A stretch of DNA of 64,000 bases from NCBI GenBank assembly GCA_030704615.1, contig CM060733.1, positions 22,010,001 through 22,074,000 of the forward strand, in the 5' to 3' direction. The DNA is from Takakia lepidozioides. Its lineage: Eukaryota; Plantae; Bryophyta. Below the pieces are notes generated by a model that was not told where the DNA came from, made no database searches, and saw only the letters and a program-made list of their open reading frames with translations. Positions 1-11,857 of this stretch are shown here, piece by piece. Position numbers and translations under genes: made by a program. Position 1 is the stretch's first letter. Each line of letters begins with the position of its first letter.

Positions 1-375
1 CTGTTTAGAATCTACTTTGTCAACTTTTGTACATGAACTGCTCTTCTATCATGCTCTATGCATAATATTGGAATTCGCATTCTAGATCGCCCAACCACCA
101 CATTGTGCCTTGATCAATCAACCATCATGGGGCAGTGGAGGTCTGATCATCATCTCCTTCTTCAAAGCCCGTTTGCTCACACCGCTTCAAAGCCCACTAG
201 CTCTCTCTGCAGTGCTTTTTCTTCTTCCTGCAGCTGCCATTTTTCCATATTGAAGTATGGCCTCTTCAATCATTTACTGTAAGTTGCTAGCCACCTCACA
301 TATCATCCCATTATTCTTTCTCACCGTTCCCAGCACATTCACTATGCATTAGAACCCGTTCTTAAATGTAATAGA

Positions 376-710
376 GAACGGGCCGTGTTTGGCCAATTCT
401 GCCCTGTAAGGTGAGGGGCTTGCCCAAAGGCCGCTTACAGGGCAGAGTCGGCCCAACACGGCCCGTTCACTACCGTTAAAAGCAGGGTGTGGCGTATTCT
501 CGCCGCCACCTGGCGCACTATGATTGGGGTTCAATTATCCCATATCGATTGCCCAGATTCAGAGCCCCGGAGAGGATATAAACGGGAAGGGCCCGTCCCA
601 ACACGGCCCGTTCACTACCGTTAAAAGCAGGGTGTGGCGTATTCTCGCCACCACCTGGCGCACTATGATTGGGGTTCAATTATCCCATATCGATTGCCGA
701 AATTCAGAGC
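376..710. repeat. 35-bp-stem hairpin (376-468) overlapping a ~115-bp direct repeat (452-566 and 597-710, period 145 bp)
   Basis: GAACGGGCCGTGTTTGGCCAATTCTGCCCTGTAAG (376-410) pairs with CTTACAGGGCAGAGTCGGCCCAACACGGCCCGTTC (434-468); CCCAACACGGCCCGTTCACTACCGTTAAAAGCAGG... occurs at 452 and 597. Confidence 0.8.
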
Positions 711-1050
711 CTGGCTGATGGCTGATGACATGGGCCTGGGTGGTTGCTTTATCGTCCTCGGTGCATAATCGGCCATCCCTGCTGATTCTGCCTGCCGAAT
801 CGGCAGTACGCCCTGGGTGGCCGATTCGGCCTGAGAATCAGTCGAAAAAATGGCAGAATGCGCCACACCTGCTTTTAACGTTAGGTACGTAAGAAGACTG
901 CTCCATAGCCCAATGCCATCTGAAGCTTCTACTTCCTGACTCGGTACATGAGCTGTCATTGATGAACTTGCCGACCAACTACTCGAGTCTGGCAACAAGG
1001 TGGGGTGGTTGCATTGTTGTTTTCGGGTGGTCGCGACCTGCCCCTGCCTG

Positions 1051-1482
1051 TTACAAACCTCTCTCTGATAAGCGCATGACAGTCGACACTGCGACTGTGT
1101 TGAGATTGTCGAGGCAGAATGCGAGATCGGCCAGTTGCTTAGATAATTGCCCTTGTACCTCTTGCAAGCAGGCCTCCAGCTCTGCCACATGAGACTTTAA
1201 GATATGTCCAGCCTGCTCACCCTGATCGGCAATATCGGCAGCAACAGAACCATTGTCGTTGCGGGATGACTTATCCACTAGCCCTTGTAACACCGCCTCT
1301 GTATTCCTCACTCTACTCGGGAGCTTTCTTATTGCATCTGACGCGGCTTGCTTGATTCCCTCCGCATTTTGGATCCACCATCTCTCCACCACGGATCCTC
1401 CTTCAGTCTCTAATAAGTGCTCCCGTGTTGTGGGTACTCTTTTACCAGGCGGACCGGGGTGTCTACTTCCAAGCAATTCCAA
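1051..1482 (-). other. Open frame with coiled-coil-like composition, product unknown (possibly a transposon relic)
   Basis: 143-codon frame with heptad-like stretch HVAELEACLQEVQGQLSKQLADL; no recognisable motif. Confidence 0.2.
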
Positions 1483-2662
1483 TCACTGAGAGTTGAGTAC
1501 TTTGTCAACGATGCATAATCGCGGGTGGCGGCTTAAACGTCCACGCAAGCAGGAGGGGTGGGCCTCGTATAGGAAGTTGAAGGAACCCTTTGTAGGAACC
1601 AGTAACATCCGTCTTCTCCTTCATACTGCACTTAAATCACTCATCCGGCCAACCAGCACTCTCATGATCTGGAGACTGGGTCCACTACGCTGGCAGGCAG
1701 CTTGCGTCACCCGCGGCTACTACTCGAATTCTTGTTGAACGTGGCTGACATTGGAGCTGGTCATTTTTTTCCAGGTGCGTTTCCCTCTTCATGCTGGAAT
1801 TCCTCTCAAGAAACTTCATGTGAAAAGTTGTGTCTGTCATGGACTATAAAACCATATGGAAAAATAAAATACTTTCGAACTGATCGAATGTGGATTGTAC
1901 TAGTGGATTTTAGCAATGTGCTCTCAATTTTGAAAGGCATTTCCAGTTTCAAAAGAAAAGTTATTGATGCATGAGGTATGGCTGCAACTGGTTGCACCTT
2001 GGCTTGCTTTCAAACTTAGAACTGATGCCTGATTGCAAAGTTGTTCCTGACAAAGTATGTGTGTTGGTGTACATTAGGGCTACAGAGTGCAAAGACCAGG
2101 GCCTCTGTCAAAACAACTTCATGTCACTGATCGCGGTGTCATAGCCCTGCCAGAATGTTGCCCTGCATTTCGTGGGTTAAGCCTTGGAGGTTGCATCAAA
2201 GTTATGATCTGGTTTGTTGGGTGTGTTAGGGCTTCCGCCTCCTCAATCTTGGTGTTTCAAATGTTTCCAGTTGCTCATTCTTTGTGTGGTGGCCCAAAGT
2301 CCAGGTCCAGGGACAAGCCTTGGAGTGCGTGCCATCCCAAGAAGCGTCAATTCAGACAGGAATTGTTGACATATAGAAATTGGTACCTTTTCTCAGTGTA
2401 AGAGACAATGTGTGTGGCCTTCACTAGAATGGGTGAAGGTCACACACCCATGTCTGAATGAGCCCCACCACGAGGCAGTAGCCGAGTGGGGGGGCGAGTG
2501 TAGGTAATCCCGACACGAGGAGGTTTGCCGTGCGTGAAGAACGCACAGGGAACTTCCCCCCCTGCCACGGAGCTGTTGTAATGCAGTGGCCAGCCTGGCA
2601 CGTAGATTATAGGATTCTGATCACTGCGACAGCCTTGGACGGTGGATTCACAGGTTTAAAGC

Positions 2663-3293
2663 TCACCGGTTTCCTGGAAGGGGATATGCATCTTTCTTGG
2701 TAACTGCATTGAGACGCCTGAGGTCTACACAGAAGCGAGTACTTCCATCCTTCTTTCCTACAAGGACTATGGGACTGGCCCAAGGAGAGATGGAAGGCTT
2801 AATCACACCAACATCAAGCATTTTTTTTATTTCCTCTTGCACAATAGCTCTCTCCTTCACACTCTCCCTATAGGCAAATTGCTTGACAGGAGGTCCCTCA
2901 GTCTCAATCTCATGCTGCAGGATATTGGTCTTCCCAAGGTCAGAAGCTCCAAGGCTGAACACATCCAGGTTGTGAGCTATCAAGGTCTCAACTTGGTTCT
3001 TTTGGGCTTCCTCAAGCAAGGGGTTGAGTTTGATCTCACCAAGGACTTTGGCAATGGATTCTCTTTCTTGAGCATTGAGTCTATTCTTGAAGCTCATGGC
3101 AAGAGAATAGTGGCTGGAAAAAACAGTGACCAGATCTGATTGATCATGGACAATGCCTAAGGCTTCAAAACCAACAGCAGGTTGGACTTCACCAATCTCC
3201 TCTAAGGGATGGGCAGAAACTCTAGCAAGCACTTGCCCCTTCTTGATGGTCACAAGAAACCTTTCAGGATTGTCTATAAGAAGTTTGATTTCC
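2663..3293 (-). mobile_element. Ty3/gypsy pol fragment (start of reverse transcriptase), truncated; different family from the 33-41 kb element
   Basis: IKPSISPWASPIVLVGKKDGSTRFCVDLRRLNAVTKKDAYPLP, then abrupt end. Confidence 0.9.
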
Positions 3294-5408
3294 TGTAACC
3301 TCTATCAAGAACCCTAGTAGGAGGGAAAAAACGAAAGTTCTTTGCGCACTCTTATGTTGCTCTAGTCTTCTGGCTGGAAACAGACTGGAGGATCCAATCA
3401 CTAAAAAGCCACTGAGTAATAACAGAGATGTAAAGCCTTACAAGATTTTTTCCTATAGCTTTATGGGGCGGGTTATATCTAGAGCAGAATGGGGGGTGTT
3501 AGGGCGTCACACGTGAGCTCCCTCGTGGGCGTGTGAGCTCCCCCGTGAGCGGGAGCTTACGCGAAAGATCCTTGCAACGCAGGGAAAAACATGTAAGGCT
3601 CATCCAGCCATGGATCTACGGCATACGCAAGTTTCGTCGGGCTTTATGCAAGGCATTATCCCGAAGGGCTTCCACTACCGAGGCCCTGTAATACGAGGGC
3701 GGAGGAAAGAAACGGACTCAGAGGAAAGAGACAAACTTCATAATCTTCGAAAGGGATCAAAACATCTTGGAGTATACCAAAGAGAGAGAAAGAGATAAAC
3801 CCGAGCCGTGCGCCACCAGACGTCATCGCAGAGACGTCCGTTAACGTCAGGTGGTAGATGCACGCACACAGCGGTGGAAGTCGAGTGCCGTTGCATTCTT
3901 CTTGTCTTCCCCACACCTTTACGAGTGGGGCCACCCACAGCTTGGTTAAGCGTCAGTTCTCGTAGCACGAGAGAGGGTGGCATCGATCAACGGAAGAGAC
4001 AGGTCAATTTGTGGGGTACATTGTGGATTCTGTATGTCTATGGGTCCGCTTGAGGCGAGGATGCACAAACTTCAATATGGTCAGAGAAAGCTCCACAACA
4101 CAAGCTTTCCCTCCGGTAGTCTTACCAGTGGGATGTGATGTCTACGATATCCGTGGGGGAGGGAGACAAAATGAAGTTCAAACTTGCTAGGGAGAAAACC
4201 TCAAGATCGGGCTTGGCTTTTCCCAGCTGCCTTTTAATGTCGTTCCTCAAGAAATGCGACTCCTCTTTCTCAACAATGCAGCCCTTAACGTGCAGAATGC
4301 GAGAGGGAGAAGCTACTGCATAACTGTGCAGAGGATGATGCAATTGAAGAGGTGATAAGTTACAGTCCAGACTACAGACGCAAGCTGGCCGCTTATATTT
4401 TTCCAAGTTGAAAAGTAACTGGAATATGAAAAGCCAACTGATCACGATGACGAAAATTCTGCTCGTGCACCTGGAAGGTCACAAGTCTCTCAAGTAACTA
4501 CTTCCCTCGATTTCATGGATGCTATGGAACCCGCAGTCACACAAAGAATCGTTGAATGATCTTCATCTCTCCCCTCTGGACTTCTACACGCTCTGTTTTG
4601 GTTCTCTCCACCAGGCGGGTCTGTGGTTTTGTTATGATTATCCCATGTTCTCTCGCTCCCTAGTCACACGAGAAAATCCCTTCCAGTTCTTTTTTCGTCC
4701 ATGTCCCTTTTACACGGTGATGCCTCCTTCACAGAGATGCTCAGCTTCTTCTAGCCTCTCTCTATATTTGATCTCCAGTTCTCTGGTCTGGTGATAAGTA
4801 GCATCATTTTCTCTACCTCTTTTGGTCCTCTAGCAATTTCAACCCCACACAATCTTTTCAGCTCATCATACCATAACTTCCCTGACAAGAAACCATAGCA
4901 AGACTGGTGTGAAAGAAATTGAGAGTGACGCCAGAAACCTGACATGGCATGAAGAGGCATCTATTTGCTTTGCATGGGGGTTTTATATTGTTGAGCCTAA
5001 CTCAAAAATGGCCTCAAGAAGTACAAATCTTTCTCGTTCTCATAAATAAAACTCCCTTCTCCACCTTCCAAACGAAAGGCAATAGCCCTTTGGGCTGAAG
5101 TGACACCATAAGTTACACTTGCTTAGGCAAAAGTCTTCATTTCATGTCACTATGAGGATAAAAAATGCTTGGCAGCCTACCTACACGAGGCCTTCACCCT
5201 TAGACAATCGCTAGAACATTAATTGTGGTTTCTGGATTTGAATAGATAGATTTAAACAATTGTGTTTGAGATCTCAAGAGGTGAGCCTTTTGCACTGTGT
5301 AAACTTGAGTTCGGGGGAGAAGCCGGTCATCTTGTTTTTTATTATAAGGCTTCTATGGTTGGGATGAGAGCTCTTCTGTTTAATAAATTGTCTTTGCTAT
5401 TTGCTATA

Positions 5409-5653
5409 TGGTATCAGAGCCAACTTAGATTTGAAGCAGAGAGAGAGAGAATACATCTATGTAATTAGTGAGAGTAGACTCTCATGACATCACCTCCGTC
5501 AGGTTAAGGCAACCATGGATCTAATTTTAACACATTAGATGCTAGAGTGGAAGATAGATGTGATGGGACTTGAAAATTTAGAATGAAGATGATCATCCTA
5601 GACAAGGACTTGTGGTCAGTAGTTGATGACATTTTAGTGAGGCCAGCCACAAC
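5409..5653 (+). mobile_element. Ty1/copia relic: tRNA-iMet primer-binding site followed by a degenerate gag N-terminus
   Basis: TGGTATCAGAGC at 5409-5420; downstream translation ...DGT*KFRMKMIILDKDLWSVVD resembles the copia gag start (W-K-x-x-M...DLWxxV-D-G). Confidence 0.6.
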
Positions 5654-5667
5654 TAAGAGCATCTCCA
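5654..5667 (+). mobile_element. Single PIF/Harbinger (Tourist)-type terminus
   Basis: TAA followed by GAGCATCTCCA, exactly where copia gag similarity stops; partner TIR not found. Confidence 0.4.
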
Positions 5668-5779
5668 CTAGGGGTACACTACACATCACTGCACGGTAAC
5701 CTCCCGCGGCTTCGAACATTCCCCTCCCCTAACGGCAACTCCAAACTATCATGCACATGTAATTTTTGATGAATACTAG

Positions 5780-7900
5780 GATGTGATGTCGGAGGATTTA
5801 CCAAGCGGTTTGCCACCGCGAAGAAGAATTAACCACAAGATTGAGGTGATACCGGGATTGGAACCGCCTGCCAAGGCGCCCTACCGATTGAGCCACAGAG
5901 AGTTGGTCGAGCTGAAGACCCAACTCAAGGATCTAATGTCAAAGGGGTACATCAGGCCGAGTAAGTCACCTTACGGAGCCCCGGTGCTATTTGCAGACAA
6001 GAAGGATGGGACGCTGCGAATGTGTGTCGATTACATGGCTCTGAATAAGGTGACTATAAAAAACCAGTACCCTTTGCCAAGGATCGACGACTTTTTCGAT
6101 TGGTTGGCAAGAGCGAAGTATTTCAGCCGGATCGACTTGCACTCCGGCTATCATCAAATTCGAGTGGCGGAAAGAGATGAGGAGAAGACCGCGTGCAGGA
6201 CAAGGTATGGTTCATATGAGTTCTTGGTGATGTTTTTTGGGCTCACCAACGCACCCGCGACCTTTAGCACGCTGATGAACAGCCTTTTCCAGGAGTGGTT
6301 GGATGACTTTGTGATTGTGTACATCAACGACATCTTGGTGTATTCAAAAACAAATGAGGAGCACCTGGAGCTCCTCAAAATGGTGTTTCAGAAATTGCAG
6401 GAATGGAAGCTGTATGCCAAAGCTTCAAAGTGCGAATTCGGGGTCACAAAAGTGGAGTTCATGGGGCATGTGATTACACAAGATGGGATCAAAATGGATG
6501 ACAGAAAGGTGAGGGCAATCTTGGACTGGGAGCCTCCGACTTCGATCCCAGGAGTGCGATCTTCTTAGGATTCGCCTCCTATTACCGGAAGTATGTGAGA
6601 AATTTTGCCAAGATCGCGGGGCCGCTGTCGGACCTTCTGTGTAAATCCAAAGTCTGGGTATGGAACACCTTTTGTGACCAAGCTTTTGCTGAATTGAAGT
6701 AGCGGATGGCGGAAGCTCCAGTCTTGAAAATACCGGAGTTCGACCGTCCATTCGAGATCCATACAGATGCGTCAGACTTCGCGATTGGGGATGTACTTAT
6801 GCATCCAGTGACTTACAAAAGTAAGAAACTGAATGAAGTGGAGCGATGGTGGCTAACTCACGAGAAAGAGATGAAGGCGGTGGTGCATTGCTTTGAGCTT
6901 TAGCGCCACTATGTTGGTTCCAATCCAGTGAAGGTGTTCACGGACAATGTCACGGTGAAGTATTTTGCCACACAACCTAATTTGTCCCCAAAACAACTTA
7001 GGTGGCAAGATACTTTGGCGGTGTTCGACGTGCATATCCAGTACAAACCGGGACGGGACAATGTGGTGGCCGATGCTATAAGTAGAAAGCAGCAGCTCAT
7101 GCTGGTGTACAGGGGCGAGACAGTGCTCCAAAGGAAGATCCGGAAGGCTTGTCGGAAGGATGAGATGGCGAAGTCCGTGGTACGGGACTTGAGGATGGGG
7201 GTTAAATCGTAGTTCCACTTGCAAAATGGACTGCTCCGGTATAAGCAAAAGTGACTATACATGCCAAAGGGAGGGATCAGAGATAGTCTCTTGAGAGAAT
7301 GTCATGATGACCCGCTTGTGGCCACGGCGGAGCCAAGCGCACCGCAGTACTCTTGAAGAAAGAGTATTTATAGCCCAAACTTAAGGAGGAGGCCGAGGAG
7401 TATGTCAAGACATGCACCACATGCCAACAAAACTGGAGCGAGTACAAAAAGCAAGCGGGGCTGTTATAACCCTTGTCAATTCCAGAAGGGACTTGGGAAA
7501 GCGTCTCGATGGATTTCATGACTGTTATGCCGCTGTCATAAGGATTCGATGCAATCATGGTGGTGATGGATAGGTTCAGTAAAATGAGTCATTTCATCCC
7601 TACCAAGGAGACGACAACGGCACAGAAGACGGGGCGACTTTACTTCGCCCACGTACATCATGGACTCCCGAAGGATATTGTCTCAGACCGCGATCTAAAG
7701 TTTACGAGTAAATTTTAGAGGGTACTTTGGAAGAAGATAGGGACGAAGCTGAAGATGAGCACCGCCTTTCGACCAACGACGGACGGCCAAACGGAAAGAG
7801 TGAATCCCGTAATGAAGTAAATATTCCGGCAGCAGACCAATCAGACAGGGTGGAACACTTAGACGCGGCAGAGTTATGTTATAATAACACAAAACACTCC
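5780..7900 (+). mobile_element. Degenerate internal fragment (RT, RNase H, integrase) of the same gypsy family as 33389-41092
   Basis: Colinear with ~36650-38800 at DNA level; YINDIL replaces YIDDI; many stops (TAG for TGG/CAG) and small deletions. Confidence 0.95.
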
Positions 7901-8545
7901 AGTTAATCGTCCAAAACAACAGTCATTCATTTTAGCTCTTTCATTTTTAGGTTTCTCATTTAGGTCCTCTTTATTTGGTTTTGCACAAATTAATGGTCCA
8001 AAACAAAAGTCATTCGTTTTAGGTCTTTCATTTTAGGTTTTACATTTAGGTCATATTTACTCGGTTTTGCAGAAATTAATCGCCCAAAACAAAAAGTCTT
8101 CTATTTTAGGTCTTTCATTTACGTTATTCATTTAGGTCATATTTATTCGGTTTTTGCAGAAATTAATAGTCCAAAACAAAAGTCATTCATTTTAGGTCTT
8201 TCATTTTCAGGGTTTTCATTTAGGTCATCCTTATTCCGTTTTGCAGAAATTAATTGTCCAAAACAAAAGTCTTTCATTTTAGGTCTTTCATTTTTCGGTT
8301 TTTCATTTAGGTCATATTTATTCGGTTTTGCAAAAATTAATCGTTCAAAACAAAAGTCATTCGTTTTAGGTTTTTCATTTTCGGTCTTTCATTTAGGGCA
8401 TAATTATACGGTTTTGCACAAATTAATCGTCCCAAACAAAAGTCTTCCATTTTAGGGCTTCCTTTTTTAAAGTCTTTCATTTAGGTCATATTTATTCAGT
8501 TTTGCAGAAATTCATCGTCCAAAACAAAAGTCATTCATTTCAGGG
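7901..8545. repeat. AT-rich minisatellite, ~87-bp unit, about 7.5 copies
   Basis: TTAATCGTCCAAAACAAAAGTCATTCATTTTAGGTCTTTCAT... recurs near 7903, 7990, 8075, 8163, 8250, 8337, 8423 and 8511. Confidence 0.95.
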
Positions 8546-8584
8546 ACTTTTATCGAAGTTGACCAGTAGAGACTTTTATCGAAG

Positions 8585-9946
8585 TTGAGGCCAGGTGGCT
8601 GGCCAGTGATACAAGTACCTCCCTCGAAGACTAATACACGCAGGGAACCATCACCCTCGCAAGTGGTGGAGATGCATGCATTCAGTCTGAAGAAGTATGT
8701 GGTTCTGGATTCAAGAGGGCGATTGCATCTATTGACCCTACAGGAGTTGCAGGAGGCAGGGGAGGTCGGTACTAACAACGGAGCTCTACCAACAATGAGG
8801 CATTTGAGTAGCTCAATGCTGGTGGCTTCAATGGCTGTTCTTCCTGCCCCCTTGGCGAGTGTTTCTGCTGGTGCATCCTCTGGTAGTTGACATCTTGTAC
8901 TTTGGGGGTTGCCGGATTTTGATTGAGTGAAATTCTAGAACCCTACATGGTGATCAGTTCATTTCATCAGGATTTCTTATTAAACAGGCTATAAGCTTGG
9001 CCAAAGCAGAAATTTCGACATTTATCAGTTGTGGCATTAGTCATGCAGAAAGGTCGCTGCAACTCTATGAGCGTCCCCTTGTCTCCGCTGAAGAGAAATG
9101 AAGGGGATATCTTTGTTATCATACAGAGAACTTGCACACAGGGTTGCATCATCTACATAGGCGCATTACTCATAAGTCTATGCAATGAGGGTAATATCCA
9201 ACTGCTTCAACTGTAAATGGACAGGGGTGAAGCAGGATATGCACCCTCAGGTCTCGAGGATTAACATTGTGAAAGTGTCATCCATTCTCCTGCAGATTGT
9301 AACTGGTGGCAGCTGTGTTGCAAGTACTATGTTGGATATTTGGAAATTGCTGTTTTCTCTTAAACTCTGACTTTGTTTGCAAGGTGTGATGACAGAAGAA
9401 AGGAAGATATGGATATCAGATGGCATGTATTCGATCCATGTAGTTCTCCTGCCTGATGAGGGGACCCATATCACCACCAATGACACTGCCAGGGGTTTCC
9501 CTCTTGCAGGTAGAGATTGCCTGTGCTGTGAAATAATCCTTGGCATATACCTTAGTAGTTCTTCATGTTCAGCTTTTGCAATTGGCTGGCCTTCATTGCA
9601 ATTTCAAAGAGAAATTTCTTGTTGGTTGAGGCTTTTCTCTGTAGGTCATGCACGGAGTGAAAAGAATGTCGACATTTCGTGTTCTTGCATGTGCAGTTAC
9701 CCAATCAGTATTTACTGGGGACTGTGTCAAGGGCCTCATGGCTGGGTCCACAGATACCATGATGGTCTTAATGGAAGGTAATTGGGAACCTATTCAGCTC
9801 GTCACTCTCTCTCTCTCTCCCTCTGCTGCATTTTAGTCCTAGTGTTGCTTGTTTCTTGTACAGTACTGGCTTTGTAGCTAATTTGGTCTCCCTGTCCTCT
9901 AGGAAGCCTATTGCCATTGGGTGGACTTGATACGGGAGTACATTAA
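8585..9946 (+). pseudogene. 3-prime exons of a conserved plant protein of unknown function (beta-strand rich); 5-prime part not found
   Basis: Exon-like blocks ~8585-8883 (HAFSLKKYVVLDSRGRLHLLTL...MAVLP), ~9383-9509 (KIWISDGMYSIHVV), 9645-9777 (AVTQSVFTGDCVKGLMAGSTDTMMVLMEG) and a short last exon from ~9903, with GT/AG borders. From memory they resemble an uncharacterised angiosperm protein (KKFLILDSxGDLHLL / VWISDGxxSVH). Functional status uncertain. Confidence 0.6.
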
Positions 9947-10639
9947 TGTCTCTGTGACTAAATGCTGGCCTTATGACCTCGTGTCTTTGTTTGTTTCGAC
10001 CTGAAGTGCTTTGCTCCAGGTAAGGTAGTGCGTTGGATTTAGTTGGAAAGCTTGGGCCTTTCCCTCTTTAGAATATGCCTACACGGGCCATTCTCTGCAA
10101 CTCCCTGGAGTGTGATCTCTGAATGGTAACAAGCGGACCCCTACCGCTTGGGGGCAGCCCCTCTGCCCAAATTGGGCAGTTGTATGCTCTGTCTAGCATA
10201 CTCGGCACTTGGACGAGGGTTGGTCTTTGCGCTCAAACTTATGGCTTACGAAAACAATCATTAGATTACCTACTGTCGACAGCAACACTCCCCAGGGTGA
10301 TTCCTGGGAATTGGTTACTTATGCCAAATCTAGGGCTTCATGTGTAGTTTTTGGGGTGAATCCCAGGATGGACGATGTGTCCTTTAAAACTACATGCTCT
10401 AGCTTAGGCTTGGATTTCATGGCCAATGGCTCCATCTCGAGACTTGATAACAGGGGTACTTTGAAGGTAGCAATGCCCAAAAATGCTTCTAATAGAGTCT
10501 CACATCAACTCAATCTCAAAGAAGTTCGTCCCTTGACTGGCTGGAGAGCGGTTTTAGACATTGGTGATTCAATGGGGCGCTCTAGGAAGCCAACCAAGGG
10601 CAGGGACTTCAAATTGAGAGTTTCTAATCGGTTTGATGG

Positions 10640-11542
10640 GTGCTTAAGGAGTGTATGTCAGCATGCTCCAAAACAGCCAATGTGGCTGTTCGGGGTGAGT
10701 TTGGCATTCCATCCTTAAGCTCCCGACGAGATGAATTCAAGGTCAGATGGTGGGGTCAGCTGCATATGCCCAACACCAGATATCCTAAGTTGATCGACTC
10801 TATATCTTGGAAACAGGACCGCCCTGTCAAACAGGCTAAGTCCTGGCAGAAGAGAGTAGAAAAGATTCTCAAGGACCTGGACCTGGATCCGCAAGTCTTG
10901 ACCCTGCTGGATAAATCTGCCTTAGAGGCTGTAGTGTCTGAAGCCATGTCTGTTGCCATGAAATTGTCTGATGAAAATGAAGTTAGGCAGAGAACTTCCC
11001 TGAACTTGTTTCCAGTCAGTGACATGGGGGTGGACATCTTGGATGACCTCAAGGGTCTACCCACTCTCGGCACTAGACTGAAATTTAAACTCAGGGCAGG
11101 AAGCCTACCTTTGAACTGCAAACAGAAGCAGAGAGGAAAGGGAGAGTGCAATTGTCCGTTGTGTGGGCAATCTGAAGACAGTATTCATTTTCTGATACGC
11201 TGTCCGGGGTTTTCTCACCAAAGAGACGCTCTCTTCAATTCTATCAAGGGAATTGTGCCTGTACCCCTGTTTACCAACTTTGAAAGTCTCGAGGCTGAGC
11301 CAAAAGCCCAGGCCCTCCTGAGGCCTAGTTTTTGGGCAAATCACACACAGCAGATTGATGCTTGTGTGAAGGGATTTCTAGAGGATATCTGGAAAACCCG
11401 GATTAATTCCTTATATGATGGTAAGTCTTACTACCAACGTCAGCCCCTGACGGAGGTAGGTTCTGTTCCTTTTGTTCCCGCTCAAACTGGGCGCGGGGTC
11501 AATGGCCACAAGGCTACGGCAAACAACGTCTTATGAGTACAA
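10640..11542 (+). mobile_element. 5-prime-truncated copy of the same LINE family inserted into the host LINE; retains the C-terminal CCHC
   Basis: 17-bp TSD TCTAATCGGTTTGATGG at 10623-10639 and 11543-11559; matches 14208-14947; CPLCGQSEDSIHFLIRC. Confidence 0.93.
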
Positions 11543-11578
11543 TCTAATCGGTTTGATGGTCTGGACGAGGTTGAATCC

Positions 11579-11857
11579 AAGCAGCCTGACGGACAATCTG
11601 CCCATAAGTGTACGGAATCTGAACGTCGTGTATCTGAAGGATTTGGTACTCTGAACGGTTTACCAATCCTCAAAGTTTACACAAGACGTGCAAAATCTAT
11701 ACATGGGGTAATTGTCACTAAGCAGTCAGACATACAACTTGTCCCTAAGTGTGCGGAGTCTGGACGTCGTGTAACTGAAGGATTTGGTACTCTGAATGGT
11801 TCACCAATTCTCAAAGTTTACACAAGACGAGCAAAATCTACACATGGGGTAACTGTC
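11579..11857 (+). repeat. Two-copy 141-bp tandem duplication in the LINE ORF1 region
   Basis: TAAGTGTACGGAATCTGAACGTCGTG... at 11605 and TAAGTGTGCGGAGTCTGGACGTCGTG... at 11746. Confidence 0.85.

Noticed and set aside
3294-4400. Possible LTR interrupting the gypsy pol fragment (starts TGTAAC)
   Set aside because: No second end with a matching TSD could be identified.
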